Origin: Octopus bimaculoides
Lineage: Eukaryota
Direction of reading: 5' to 3'
Assembly: GCF_001194135.2 (NCBI RefSeq)
Contig: NC_068990.1
Span: 91,233,093-91,296,809, forward strand
DNA: 63,717 bases
Below are positions 1 to 15,389 of this stretch, piece by piece. Positions within the stretch are counted from its first letter, which is position 1. Every line of letters starts with the position of its first letter. The notes under the pieces were generated by a model. The model ran no database searches and was not told the origin of the DNA. It saw only the letters and a program-made list of their open reading frames with translations. A program made the translations under genes and the position numbers.

Positions 1-101
<101 letters not shown>

Positions 102-592
102 AAAGCATTCAAACGCACTTCACTCTCCTACACATGGAAGTTTACGAAATTTTTTTGTAGGCGGAAAATAATAAATAACAAACAGAAACTAAAACCCCAG
201 TTGTTACACACACACTGGTATCGTTTAGCCCCACGTCCTTCCTCCAGGATCACATATGCTAAAGAATAAAAATAACAGTTACGCTGTGAAACTATTATGT
301 CGAAATGCTTAGCAACCCAACACCAAGTGCTTTAGCCATTGCGGATCCAATACAAGTGTAGTTATTCCGGCAGAGAATTCCCAAGTTTCGAAGCAGTTTC
401 AATGAAATGTCCACATCTACAATGAAGTTGAGCGCTACTTTTGTCTACCATTTATGCTTCCTGTTTCAATCAAATTATCGCAAGTGCTTGAGCTTGCATT
501 TAGTGTAAGCCATCAGTATTCCTTATATAGAAGTATACGTATTTTACACACACACACACACATACACACACACACACACATATATATATATA

Positions 593-1075
593 GGCGTAGG
601 AGTGGCTGTGTGGTAAGTAGCTTGCTTATGAACCACTGCGTGGCACCTTGAATAAGTGTCTTCAACTATAGCCTGGGGTCGACTAAATACTGGTGAATGG
701 ATTTGGTAGACGGAAACTGAAAGAAGCCTGTCTTACATACGTGTGTGTTTGTGTGTATGTGTGTGTGTCTGTGTTTGTGTTTATACAAGGTGATTCAAAA
801 GTCACCATACATAGGAAAAAAATTTTGTTTTATAAGAAACAGTTAAATAAAAAAAGACTGTTTCTTATTAAAAAAATTAATTGTTCTTATGTATGGCGAC
901 TTTTGAATCACCCTGTATATCCGTAACTTTGTCGTTCGGAAAAACAAACCGATAGAATAAGTACCAGATTTGGAAAGAAAATACTGGAGTCGATTCATTT
1001 GACAAAAAACGCTTCAGGGTAGCGCCCCAGCATGGCCGCAGTCTAATTACTAAAACAAGTAAAATATGAAAGATA
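593..1075 (+). mobile_element. tRNA-derived SINE family A (interrupted by MITE)
   Basis: Head ggcgtaggagtggctgtgtggtaag, core gtagacggaaactgaaagaagcc, internal microsatellite, tail ccagcatggccgcagtc...aacaagtaaaa. Confidence 0.88.
786..915. mobile_element. Tc1/mariner-type MITE nested in a SINE
   Basis: TA-CAAGGTGATTCAAAAGTC...GACTTTTGAATCACCCTG-TA; arms are about 58 bp inverted; TA on both sides. Confidence 0.88.
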
Positions 1076-2798
1076 TTTAATAATTATCAATTGTGCTTGG
1101 ATGGCCCACAAGTCCAAAGAAGCAACATTTTATATTGAAACACGTTCCTGCGGCAGTTCAGCGGAAGCGGGACACATCATCGGGTATTGAGTGCTTTTTG
1201 AGGAGTTCGTACCCAACTCTTTATTTATGAAATTTAACAGATGTTGTCTATGTGTAACCAATCTGATACTAAGCCTTTTCCTTTATCCTTTCCTCAAAGA
1301 CAGCGTCTTTTAATAACTCTATTTCTGAAGAAATTTCTATTTGTTATCAAGACCTTGTACGTTTTAATATCTACCGAATGAACTTTTTTAGATTAATCAA
1401 GTGAGAGCAACCAAAGATACCGCCTACAGAAGCTGCCAAGCTGTTGTTTGAGTTTAGATGGATGCCGTCCTTGTAACTCTTTAACAGCTTTATAAAACAG
1501 ACAGAAGAATTTTCCCGAGCTTTTTGATTATCAGCAGAATTATATGGCTGCAAAATGGTAGAGTAATTAGGATGTCGGACAGAATGCTTCGCAGTATGTG
1601 TTCCGATTTTCTGCGCTCTATATTCAAATGCCGCCGAGGTCAACTTAACTTTCCATCCTTTTCAAGTCGACAAAAACAATCCGAACCTAAAGTGGTTGAT
1701 TGACGAAACTGTAAGAACGTTAGATCGGATGCCTTGAAGTATTTGCTCTGGGTCTTTGTGTTCTGAGTTCAAAGCTCATCATGGCCTGCTTGAGTGATAG
1801 TCTTAACCCGTCGCCCGGTTTACCACCACCACCACTACCTGGAAATTTGAATGCCTTTAACAGAGTCGGTTCTATTTGGAAGCATTTGGGTCGGGCTTCT
1901 GGTTCGATAATACCGATTTCTCACCTTCACAAGACTCGGGCATTGTCTTCCATCCTGACTCATAGATCAAAAGAAGAACAAAAACAGGCATCAGATTTGC
2001 ACTCACCCCAGAGACTTCGAGAAACATCTTTGCATGGCGTCAAGCGCCAAAATATTGCTTAATCACAACCCTCCTTTATGTGAGTAACACAAAACTCCAT
2101 CGTTTCAATCTATATAACAAAAATGACGAAGAGTTACTTAAATTTTAGAAAGATCTTGCAAATTGAAAATGATCAGCTTACAAATTGCATGTATAAAATA
2201 CGTATTCGTTGGACGTTATTTTCTTTGCTTGATAACTTTAGCTGTTCTAGATTGTTATATACACATTCACCAACATAGCCTAATGCGCCAATAATTATTG
2301 ATATATATATATATCGATTTGTAATAATATTGGCAGACAAGTTATAGGTTTCGAAGCAGTTATCTATAAATATTTTTCTCGTTGATTTTGAAAGATACGT
2401 TCACAACCGTAGGCCAGTTCTTCATTACAACTATACTTTCTGAACGTTTACGAAATGCGTATCTACGTATATCCGAGCGTTAGATTATATATATCATTCT
2501 GTGAATAAGTAATCATATACAACATGTAAACATGTATATGCATCAATAATTGATGTAGCATGTCATGTGACCCTTTGGGTCTGTTGCAGATAGTTTATTA
2601 GAAATTATTGGAAAAAATAAATATAAAAGTCTTGCAATTTGGATACATTGAGCTAATATCCAATTGAGGTAACACAAATACACGAACAAACACACATGCA
2701 CACACACACAAACAAACAAACACACACACATACACACACACACACACATATATATACATATATATGTACATATGTATATGTATATATACCAATGTTTG

Positions 2799-2846
<48 letters not shown>

Positions 2847-3180
2847 CGAATGTGTGCCTTAACTACAGATTTGTACAATTCTTTGTTTTCTATATTAGAT
2901 ATATCAGATGTTATAAGCACTCACATACATACATTTCATACATACATACACACATACACACACACACATGTCTATAGTACACACACACACACACACATAT
3001 ATGTATATATGCATTTACCTAGTATATATGTGCATATCTATGCTTTGTGTGTGTCAATATATATGCATGTATGTATGTATGTATGTATGTATGTATGTAC
3101 GCATGTATATATATATTTATATTTATATATATATATACACATACACATACATATATGCATACAGATATTTATATACATAT

Positions 3181-3243
<63 letters not shown>

Positions 3244-4661
3244 TATCTACAAGTAAACGATGTACGGATATAGCGAAAAAAAAAAGACTTTAGAAAGAAA
3301 AGAAAAAGAACAAGAAAAAAATGTGGGAAGCTGGAAGAGAGAAGAGAGGAGATTATAGCTTAGTTCAAAGATAATCATCACACGGCCTACCTCGGCGATT
3401 CTGGCTATAGATTACCGAGTAAAAAGTCCAAAAATAGTTCCTGTACTCTGAGACACTCAAAGAAAATAACCAAAGAACTGAAGAAGGAATAGTTAGATCA
3501 GGAAGCAATAATCTAATCAGGAAACGGATTTGGTGGAAGCGGGTGGAAAAGGAGAAAAAAAATAACAAATGGTATAAGCGTAAATATTAAAATATATCTG
3601 TCCAATTTTATGTTTGCATTTGGATGTGTTTCTGTTTGTGTATGTATATACCCNNNNNNNNNNNNNNNNNNNNNNNNNNNNNNNNNNNNNNNNNNNNNNN
3701 NNNNNNNNNNNNNNNNNNNNNNNNNNNNNNNNNNNNNNNNNNNNNNNNNNNNNNNNNNNNNNNNNNNNNNNNNNNNNNNNNNNNNNNNNNNNNNNNNNNN
3801 NNNNNNNNNNNNNNNNNNNNNNNNNNNNNNNNNNNNNNNNNNNNNNNNNNNNNNNNNNNNNNNNNNNNNNNNNNNNNNNNNNNNNNNNNNNNNNNNNNNN
3901 NNNNNNNNNNNNNNNNNNNNNNNNNNNNNNNNNNNNNNNNNNNNNNNNNNNNNNNNNNNNNNNNNNNNNNNNNNNNNNNNNNNNNNNNNNNNNNNNNNNN
4001 NNNNNNNNNNNNNNNNNNNNNNNNNNNNNNNNNNNNNNNNNNNNNNNNNNNNNNNNNNNNNNNNNNNNNNNNNNNNNNNNNNNNNNNNNNNNNNNNNNNN
4101 NNNNNNNNNNNNNNNNNNNNNNNNNNNNNNNNNNNNNNNNNNNNNNNNNNNNNNNNNNNNNNNNNNNNNNNNNNNNNNNNNNNNNNNNNNNNNNNNNNNN
4201 NNNNNNNNNNNNNNNNNNNNNNNNNNNNNNNNNNNNNNNNNNNNNNNNNNNNNNNNNNNNNNNNNNNNNNNNNNNNNNNNNNNNNNNNNNNNNNNNNNNN
4301 NNNNNNNNNNNNNNNNNNNNNNNNNNNNNNNNNNNNNNNNNNNNNNNNNNNNNNNNNNNNNNNNNNNNNNNNNNNNNNNNNNNNNNNNNNNNNNNNNNNN
4401 NNNNNNNNNNNNNNNNNNNNNNNNNNNNNNNNNNNNNNNNNNNNNNNNNNNNNNNNNNNNNNNNNNNNNNNNNNNNNNNNNNNNNNNNNNNNNNNNNNNN
4501 NNNNNNNNNNNNNNNNNNNNNNNNNNNNNNNNNNNNNNNNNNNNNNNNNNNNNNNNNNNATACATATAGTTCAAACTTATTGAAAAACAAAGACGAAAAC
4601 AGGTGTAGCAACAAGAAGCAAGTGTATTAGTTTGTGTTGTAATGTGTGGCTGCCATTGTAC

Positions 4662-4872
4662 TGTAGTTGCTGTTTTACGCTAGTAGCCACAATGGTTACC
4701 AGTCATCGGACACCGTTGTATTTCTTCGTACCGGAATAGCAATACACTAACTCTTTCTGTTGACTCCCGACAGTCGACTCTCAACTCTTCGACTCTCGAC
4801 CCTCTCTGACGACCGGCTACTGGTCTATTTATAATGACTGGCTTCTACCACTTTTACCGGGTGGGATATACA
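4662..4872 (-). mobile_element. Possible solo LTR
   Basis: TGTA...TACA ends, TATAAATAG and short agtcg repeats on the minus strand; no clear TSD. Confidence 0.28.
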
Positions 4873-5267
4873 GTTTAAAAAAAATTTTTTTTTTTTTTTG
4901 CATAATCGTATCAATTCCATTGTGCAAAAGACAATAAAAAAACTTTTGTAAAAATTCATAAAAATAAAAATTTATGAGGGCTTTTAGCACGTGATTACAT
5001 CATTATTCCGCCGAGTAAACACTATACAATAAATATTTTTAGATGTTTTATATCACAAAAGCAAACCAAACTGTATGAATAGATCGTAAGATTGAACCGC
5101 GAAGCAAAAATTTCAAATAGCGTCGACGATAATTTCTGTTTTCGCGCATGCGCATAAACATGTACTCCGGTCTGGTAAACGCTGTAACCAGTTAATGTAT
5201 ATCACTGGGCATGCGTAACAGGACATACAGAGAAACACCTTTTCTTTTAAATATATATACTAATGAA

Positions 5268-5498
5268 GGCGGTGAGCTGGCAGAAACGTTAGCACGCTGG
5301 GTGAAATGCTTAGCGGTATTTCGTTTGCCGTTACGTTCTGAGTTCAAATTCCGGCCAGGTCGACTTTGCCTTTCATACTTTCGGAGTCGATTAAATAAGT
5401 ACCACTTACGCACTGGGGTCAATGTAATCGGCTTAATCAGTTTGTCTGTCCTTGTTTGTTCCTTCTATGTTTAGCCTCCCCTGTGGGCAATAGAGAAA
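5268..5498 (+). mobile_element. tRNA-derived SINE family B, tail type B1
   Basis: ggcggtgagctggcagaaacgttag...gagttcaaattcc...gtcgactttgcctttcat...agcc..ctgtgggcaata. Confidence 0.9.
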
Positions 5499-5836
5499 NN
5501 NNNNNNNNNNNNNNNNNNNNNNNNNNNNNNNNNNNNNNNNNNNNNNNNNNNNNNNNNNNNNNNNNNNNNNNNNNNNNNNNNNNNNNNNNNNNNNNNNNNN
5601 NNNNNNNNNNNNNNNNNNNNNNNNNNNNNNNNNNNNNNNNNNNNNNNNNNNNNNCTCTCTTTATCTGCAACTCTTTTATATCATCACAAACTAATTCTTC
5701 TTAATCTACAAAATCACAACGTTTAACAGACAGACAGTCAGACAGATAGATAGAGAGATAGACAGACAGACAGACAGACAGTCAGATAGACAGACAGACA
5801 GACAGACGCATACATACATAGAGACAGACAGATGAC

Positions 5837-5869
<33 letters not shown>

Positions 5870-6561
5870 CATACATACATACATACATACATACAGACAG
5901 ACAGACAGGTAGACAGACAGGTAGACAGACAGGTAGACAGACAGACAGACAGACAGTATTGGGTGACACTCATTGTAGGGCTTCCCTTCCAGCATACACG
6001 GGAAATTTGGCGAAATTGTAATCGATAATTCCCGTGATTGCAATCTATTTCTCGGTAATACCCGGCTGTATTACTTAAAAGCCTAATTTTGAATTGTATG
6101 CCTGCCTCTAAATTGCTCGAGTTGAACGATTGATTCAAGAAGCGGTCTTTCAGGCATTTAAAGATTGCTCACAAAGACATTCTCTCAGAAGCTAGTTCAG
6201 ATAGCCTTCATCGAATTTATGGAAGAAACAGCATCGTAATTAATTGCTATTTATAGGTTTTCCATTAATGCAATCATTAAAAGTACTTTTATTACGAATT
6301 CTATCACAGATAATGGTTTGGTTTTACCAAATTATGGTTCTCGTTTCGCGTTGATGGTTCAACGTTAATATGATTGGACTAAAGAAAATAAAAATGATTG
6401 GTGTTATAACTAAAAGAAAGAGAAACTCTAAAAAAAATGTCAGTATTTCTTCTGAAGAATATTCTTCTTTGTGTAATCGAAAATATTTTTAATGTAAATG
6501 TGCATTCGTCTGGTAAATTCAGACTATATGGTTGTGATTGCGCGCGCGCGCGCGTGTGTGT

Positions 6562-6741
6562 GAAAGCACGTGGCTCGGTGGTTAGAGCATTAGGCTCACA
6601 ATCATGACGTAGTGAGTTCGATTCCCGGACCGGGCTGTTTGTTGTGTTCTTGAGCAAGACACTTTATTTCACGTTGCTCCAGTTAAGTCAGCTGTAGAAA
6701 TGAGTTGCGACGTCACTGGTGCTAAGCTGTATACATATATG

Positions 6742-6774
<33 letters not shown>

Positions 6775-7068
6775 GTATGTATGTATGTATGTATATGTAT
6801 GTATGCATGTATGCATGTATGTATGTATGTATGTATGTTTGTAGATGTATATGTTTGTGTGTCTGTGTTTGTCCCCCCCACCAATATAGCTTGACAACCG
6901 ATGTTGATGTGTTTACGTCCCCGTAACACAGCGGTTCGGCAAGACAGACCGATAGAATAAGTACTAGGCTTACAAAGAATAAGTCCTGGGGTCGATTTGC
7001 TCGACTAAAGGCGGTGCTCCAGCATAGCCGTAGTCAAATGACTGAAACAAGTAAAAGAATAAAAGAAT
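6562..7068 (+). mobile_element. SINE with a different tRNA head (A box tggctcggtgg, B box gagttcgattcc) and the family A 3' half
   Basis: Head and core differ from family A, but the (TATG)n tract and tail match 25245-25440. Confidence 0.88.
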
Positions 7069-7818
7069 ATTTATTTATTTATTTATTTATCTATTTTATA
7101 ATTCATTAAAATTTACTAAAAATGTGTAAATGATATTTTTTAATGGAATAAATTTTTATATCCGTGATTCTCGTTTGCTATTGTCCAAAACTTTAAACTA
7201 TTAAATAAAGCTATTAAATACAAAATAAAATCGGGGTCTATTCCCGAGAAGTTCCCAGGAACCTGAGATTTTTTTTCTTTTATGCTCCTAAATTCCTGGG
7301 CATTCTAAACAATTGCTAACTCCCAGCTCACAGTCTTTGCATACCCACTAAGCGTTTAACTTTAAAGTTTTGTAACATGGTTTTTGTGTAGAGAAGGTTG
7401 GTGAAAGTAAACTTGTGTGGAGGGAGGTATGCAGTTCTTGGAACAGCAGAAGATTTTTAGATGAAACATTCAGTACGTGGTTTGAATAAGAGGGAGGGGA
7501 CGATGTAAAGCAGCAGGAATTGTGAAAGTGGGAGTAAGAAGAAAAAGAAATGGAAAGGGCAAGAAATGACAAAGAGAACGTCTGTGATACGGTGACATTG
7601 AACATCAAACACGAGTGCGTATCGAAACAATAGGGCATTCAGAAAATTTCGCTCTGAGCAACATTTTTAAATCATGAATGTCTTAGCGGAAGTCCATTCT
7701 CAGCTAGCGGCCATCTTCTCTACACTAATTTCTACGTTTAATTCTATGATATCCCACCACACAACGCCCTTCAACTCCCTTTTTTTTTACGTTACTCTCC
7801 TCTTGTCACCTCTTTTCT

Positions 7819-7859
<41 letters not shown>

Positions 7860-8118
7860 CATAAAATTAGTGTACTTTTAAATACAAAAAGAGGTGACCC
7901 TTAACAGGCCGCCTTACATGATAGAAGGAGCAGTCAAAACGTCCAAAACCACAGTTAAGAGCAATTTCGAGGGAATGAAAAATGAAAACTTTTACCATGT
8001 TTTTACAGCCAGACCTAGATTTCGAACTTTAATTAGCAAATAAAATAATTTGCTAGGCGAAGTTCTCATCAGTGGGTACGCCAAACATTAACATATAATT
8101 TAGAGACAGAATAACACG

Positions 8119-8149
<31 letters not shown>

Positions 8150-8150
8150 C

Positions 8151-8208
<58 letters not shown>

Positions 8209-8431
8209 GACAGATAGATAAGCATGCATATATAAACATGCCATAGAGTTTCACTTATGAAATGTAGTCAGTTGAAACAAAAATCTATTCACTGGGACTA
8301 TCTTTGCAACTTGGAAACAAGAACTCCTTTTCTCGGTGTTCAAAAACTAATAAAAGCAAGCAAGGGAGACAACACAAACAGTTTTTGTTCATCTAAGTTA
8401 TTCGACAACACCAACACATTTTGTTTGCATG

Positions 8432-8670
8432 TATTGGGTGTTCAAAAAGTCTCTCCGCAGCGAAAGAAGTGCCTAGAAAAGTGCTCACACGGCAGTAAAG
8501 AAGATATTAAATTTTATGCATTGAAAATGAAGGATGACACTTTCAACACCTCTTATAAAGTTTTTTAAAGTCTTCTAAAGTCTAATATATTCTTTTGTAG
8601 TCTTTATACCATCTTATAGATATTTATTTTGTAATAAAATACTGCGGAGAGACTTTTTGAACATCCTGTA
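8432..8670. mobile_element. Tc1/mariner-type MITE
   Basis: About 29-bp TIRs tattgggtgttcaaaaagtctctccgcag / ctgcggagagactttttgaacatcctgta, TA ends. Confidence 0.75.
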
Positions 8671-8979
8671 TATGCATATTGTATGTGCGTAATCGTCTGG
8701 ACTTGTGCAGAGGGGGGGCGTGTGTATGCATGTGTGCCTCTGTGTGTCTCTGTGTGTATATATGTGAGTGTATATGCCTGCATTTCTGTGTGAATGAGTA
8801 TGTACGTGTGCTTGACCATCGCTATTTCTTTCTCACTCTCTATTTTTCTGTCTCTCTCTCTTTCTCTCCCATTTTCTCTTTGTTCTTTCCCTCTCTCGCG
8901 ACAGAGACAGAGAGACAGAGACATAGAGAGGCAGAGTCTGTAGACGTTGAGCCAGTTTGTGTATGCATGTAGAATGTAT

Positions 8980-10870
<1,891 letters not shown>

Positions 10871-11613
10871 ACAGATGCCTTACAAACTCAGTTGCACAAT
10901 GTATTGAGTACATACTGTATGAAAACAACCATATCTTCTCCCCCCCACCACCACCACCACGACACAGGTGAAGCCAGCAGAATTCGTTTATTAATCAGCT
11001 GACGTCATTCATTGATGAAATGACACAATGTCGAAGGGGAGGAGGAGAGAGAGAGAGACGGAGAGTGATGAAGAAGACGAAGAAGAAAAAAGATGTGTTG
11101 AACACTTCGTTCTGCGCACGCGTGGAAATACGTAATCCGTTGTGAAAAAAAAAAATCGAATTACGTATTTTACGCATGCGCAAATTGGCTTATATTTTCG
11201 TTTCTTTATTTATTCCTTTATTCGTCAATGTGTGTATATATGAGTGTGTTTATGACTGTCTGTTGTGTGAATATTTGGTGGCTGTCTGACCTTGACCTTT
11301 TCCATTCTGCAGTTTAAGAGCTGCGTACGTTCATACTTGCGCACGCACGCGCAATTGAGAGAGAAACAGAGAGCTTTCAGACGTGTGTGTGTTGTATGTG
11401 TGTGTGTGAAAGTCGATAAGTGAATGCGTACAATTAATCACATACGTATGCATACATGCACATGGAGAGTTAATAAGATCATGTGTGTAAGTCTAAACTT
11501 ACATAATAACACGTTAACACACACATACAAAGCATGACATAAACACAGGTTGATAGACAGACAGACAGACAGATAGGTAGACAGAGAGATAGATAGACAG
11601 ACAGACAGACAGA

Positions 11614-11837
11614 TATTCTTTCTTTTTTTCCACTCTAGACATAAGGTATGAAATTTGGATGGGGGGGGGAGGGCAGTGGATGAGATCGACTCCAGTACGC
11701 AACTGGTATTTAATTTATTGACCGCGAAAGGATGAAAGGCAAAGTCGACCTCGGTGGAATTTGAACTCAGAACGAAAAGACAGACGAAATACCGCTAAGC
11801 ATTTCGCCCGATGTGCTAACGTTTCTGCCAGCTCACC
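11614..11837 (-). mobile_element. SINE family B
   Basis: Reverse complement of family B; CpG-rich copy. Confidence 0.88.
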
Positions 11838-11843
11838 GACTTT

Positions 11844-11934
<91 letters not shown>

Positions 11935-12546
11935 GTACATGTATACATATACAGATACACGCATACGCGCACACACACATACATACACACATACATGTAC
12001 ACGTACACACACACAGACTTGTATAGACATACTCACACATAACCATCTCATCATGCGTACAAACATAAACTCGTGTTATTGGTTATAAATACATTCATGG
12101 ATAAAAGCCTACTCCGTAATACGCGCGCGCGCGCGTGTACGTAAATAGACACACAAACACACACACATAAACACTGTCATCTTTGAAGATATATATTTGC
12201 GTATATAAATATACACACACACACCTTTTCTTTTTGCTCCTTACAGATTAGCACATACACGTTACCCGTGATACATATAAATATACGTTTACTTATATAC
12301 ACACAAATCTACACACATTCATACATTCATTCATTTATGTAGAAATACGAGGTTTTACGACGAAAGAACAAACAGAAAATGACGCGGAGTCTCCAAATCC
12401 AATTTATTAGTGGCACAATGAAGATTTGTAAGACATTCCAAAAATTCTAATATCTGGGATTCTTTATGCACACATTTGGGTACATTCATCGACAGTTCAA
12501 CCAACACACGAATTTAATCAAATGCTTGCAAAAAGCAGGAACTCAC

Positions 12547-12615
12547 TTAACTCAAAAAGTTTTGTCACTTCGTTAGCGACCGCTTTGAACTCTCTCAAGA
12601 AGAACTTAAATAAAA
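12547..12615 (-). CDS. Putative 69-nt coding exon (xLFKFFLREFKAVANEVTKLFEL) of an unidentified gene
   Basis: tgatttttctttcag acceptor, A/gtgagt donor, open only in phase 1 to 1, amphipathic-helix-like peptide. Confidence 0.45.
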
Positions 12616-12633
12616 CTGAAAGAAAAATCATAC

Positions 12634-12670
<37 letters not shown>

Positions 12671-12907
12671 NNNNNNNNNNNNNNNNNNNNNNNNNNNNNN
12701 NNNNNNNNNNNNNNNNNNNNNNNNNNNNNNNNNNNNNNNNNNNNNNNNNNNNNNNNNNNNNNNNNNNNNNNNNNNNNNNNNNNNNNNNNNNNNNNNNNNN
12801 NNNNNNNNNNNNNNNNNNNNNNNNNNNNNTATATAAAACAACGTGTACACGCGCACAGACAACTGACACAGTCCAATGTGCGCCAGACGACAACACACAT
12901 ATACTTA

Positions 12908-12939
<32 letters not shown>

Positions 12940-13329
12940 CTTACATCACAACTACAGCACATTATATTACACAGCCCAAACACACCGTACCCTTCATTCT
13001 ACATACACACACACACACAGAGTCCACTTCACTCCACAAAGGTATTATTTCGCAGTAACCAATGATATACCTTTTGACAGGTAATAATATTTGAATCCAT
13101 TCATAAAAAAAATCGTCTCTTCGACTTCATCAACATTTATGACGTAATCTTAAAGTTCAGCACAATTTCTCATCGTTACAGCATCCACCAATAGACATCG
13201 GCGTAGTGGGTGTTTACATAACTATAATTTCTTCATTTGTATTTACGTCACTTCAGCTTCTCCCACTCCAAAATCACAATGGTCTATACTTTACTTTTCA
13301 TCCTTCAGGGATCGATATAATAAACATGG

Positions 13330-13770
13330 TCGCCGAATTTACTCCGGTGGCTTTTGACGTTCCGGTTTCAAATCCTACTGAAGTCTGTCTTTGCCTTCCG
13401 TTCTTTCAGAGTTGATAAAAATGAAGTATTAGTCAAGTACCATTGACCCCAGAACTTAACTGGTACTGGGGTCGATGGTATCGATCAACCCCCATCCCCT
13501 AAATCAAAATCCATCGATTAACCCCGTCCCATAATTAAACACCATTAAAATAGCAGTGAGCCAACAGAATCGTTAGAATGGCGAAAACATACCTTAGAGA
13601 TTTTGTACCGTGTCGACACTTTGAGTTCAAATTCCACCGAGGTCAACCTTACCTTTCATATCTTCAAGGTCGATAAAATAAAATGCTAATCAAGTATTAA
13701 TGTTGATATTATCGACCTGACCCCTTCTCTCAAAATTACTGACCTTGTGCCTAAATCAAAAATTATTATC
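13330..13770 (+). mobile_element. Two decayed SINE family B copies
   Basis: Family B core motifs (gaggtcaaccttacctttcat, ggggtcgat). Confidence 0.75.
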
Positions 13771-13874
13771 ATACAAAAACTACTGCACTTTAATTTAATC
13801 AGCTATCCTGAGATTTATTGACAAGTCTCTTCAAATCACTAAAATCTTTCTTAGTTTTCTTGCAGACTTTTGTA

Positions 13875-14142
13875 TAGTGCTCTCTGTAGGTCGACGATAC
13901 TTGTTTCTGTTTCAATATTCCTCGATCTCTCAATTCAGACACTGCAGTTTCGGCATCGTGCCCACTGCTCCAGTTGTCACAGAAGCAATTGTCATTTCTG
14001 TGTTCTACAATCTCTACATTTCACTGGCTGGTCCCTAGTATTTCTCAATTTTCTCGGTTTCCTTGATATCCATTCTACTATCGTACGGGATTACAAAGTC
14101 AATAATCTTCCAATATTTATCTATAGTCATATCTGGTCACCT
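13875..14142 (-). mobile_element. Decayed restriction-like endonuclease domain of an R2/R4/NeSL-group non-LTR retrotransposon
   Basis: (R)PDMTIDKYWKIIDFVIPYDSRMDIKETEKIEKY*...ASVTTGAVGTMPK: RPD...D...KxxKY...GAxG pattern with several stops. Confidence 0.75.
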
Positions 14143-14189
14143 TACTAAAACGTTTGTTTTCGGTAGTCACGATTTATGAATCCAACGAC

Positions 14190-14650
14190 TGATCTACTCA
14201 CGAAGATGGACCTGTGTTTTGTCAAAATATTAATTCAAGCAATGAGTTTCTTGGTCATGAACATAATGTGGACGGGTGGAGATTGTTCTCTGATTCCTCA
14301 AATTTCAACTTGAAAGTGATCCTTCGTGACAGTAGTAAACACCATTTTGTACCTTTTCCATATACTACAAACATGAAGTTGCTTTTAGAAAAGATAGAAT
14401 ATTAAAAATAAAAGTGACTCCTTGTTATCTGAAGGGCGTTGTAATCTTGATAGAATTGCAGCTTGCGTTACATCAAGTACGGCTCTGTAGTGACTAACAA
14501 AACCAAAAGATTCTGAAGGAATGACCAAACCTTTTGCTGTTTCAGACAAGAAAATATTTTGTCCTGCTCACCGGTGAACTCTGAGAAAACGTTCCTTCTT
14601 CCTTTACTCGTGAAGTTTGGACTTGATGAAAAACTTTGTTAAAAAGCAAT
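14190..14650 (+). mobile_element. Decayed DNA-transposon transposase, probably Chapaev/CMC-like
   Basis: LGHEHNVDGWRLFSDSSNFNLKVIL...MKLLLEKIEY...LPLLVKFGL(fs)MKNFVK resembles the recalled WRLFIDSSKxSLK and PPLHIKLGLMKNFVK motifs; superfamily label is from memory. Confidence 0.65.
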
Positions 14651-15389
14651 ATTCGTCCTAAACCAGGGCTGCCATGTTATGTTGGCAAACAATCTTTACT
14701 ACAACACAAAATCTTCTCTTGAAACAGAAATGTTGCTAACTTATTTGCATTCTACACAAAAATATAATAAATACAACGTATTTCCATTCTTGTAACACGA
14801 ATCTTTTCCCCGTTGTTATTTTCAGCTCAACACCTTAAGTATACTGTCTGTCCTTAACTATATCTTCGTCTTGCAGAAGGTGTTCTTAAGAAAAAAAATT
14901 TCCTTCTTTATTTAACGTCTCCATTTTTAAGGACGTAGTTTGTGGCAGCTGTTTCTTTCGTAATCACATGGTTCCGCGTTCATTCCGTGTTACACGGACC
15001 CAACAAAGTTATGTGGGGTCTAATTAGGTATGTTAAATAGAGTTATGAGGTCTTGGTAGATGGCCGAGAAGAAAACTGAAATTTCGATATATTATTTATC
15101 AATCGGCAATTATTACGTCTTAATGTCGTGTCAGTTTGACAACGGAATATTCGAAACGACATCATTACTGGGATGTGACTAAGCCATCGTTTCCCTTCGG
15201 TCCGACCCTATCTTCGGACATTCAGAAAATATATATATCTCAGTGATATGATTTGAAATATCAAAGTTGTGTAATGGTTGCACTGAAAGCATCTGTCATT
15301 GTCTAGATATTCATTGAGGCAGAACTATTTTAATTACCCCTGACTGTTACTGATATTTTTAATGACAATTTGTTATATTTACCGGAATA

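Noticed and set aside
130-300. Possible third PLE terminus with hammerhead remnant (minus: CCUGGAGGAAGG...CUAAACGAUA)
   Set aside because: Too degenerate: core and stems cannot be assigned.
300-512. About 70-codon open minus frame (...DNLIETGSINGRQKVALNF...)
   Set aside because: No start codon or convincing acceptor and no recognisable homology.
2543-3273. YI/HT/CV/LS-repeat ORFs here and throughout the window
   Set aside because: Translations of (TA)n, (CA)n, (GATA)n and trinucleotide microsatellites.
3513-4630. Long ORFs of 300+ aa (also at 9.1-9.9, 29.3-30.2 and 62.2-63.3 kb)
   Set aside because: They are open only because they run through N gaps.
6562-6640. tRNA genes at SINE heads (also 593, 5268, 54975)
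   Set aside because: No complete cloverleaf or acceptor stem; they continue into repeat bodies.
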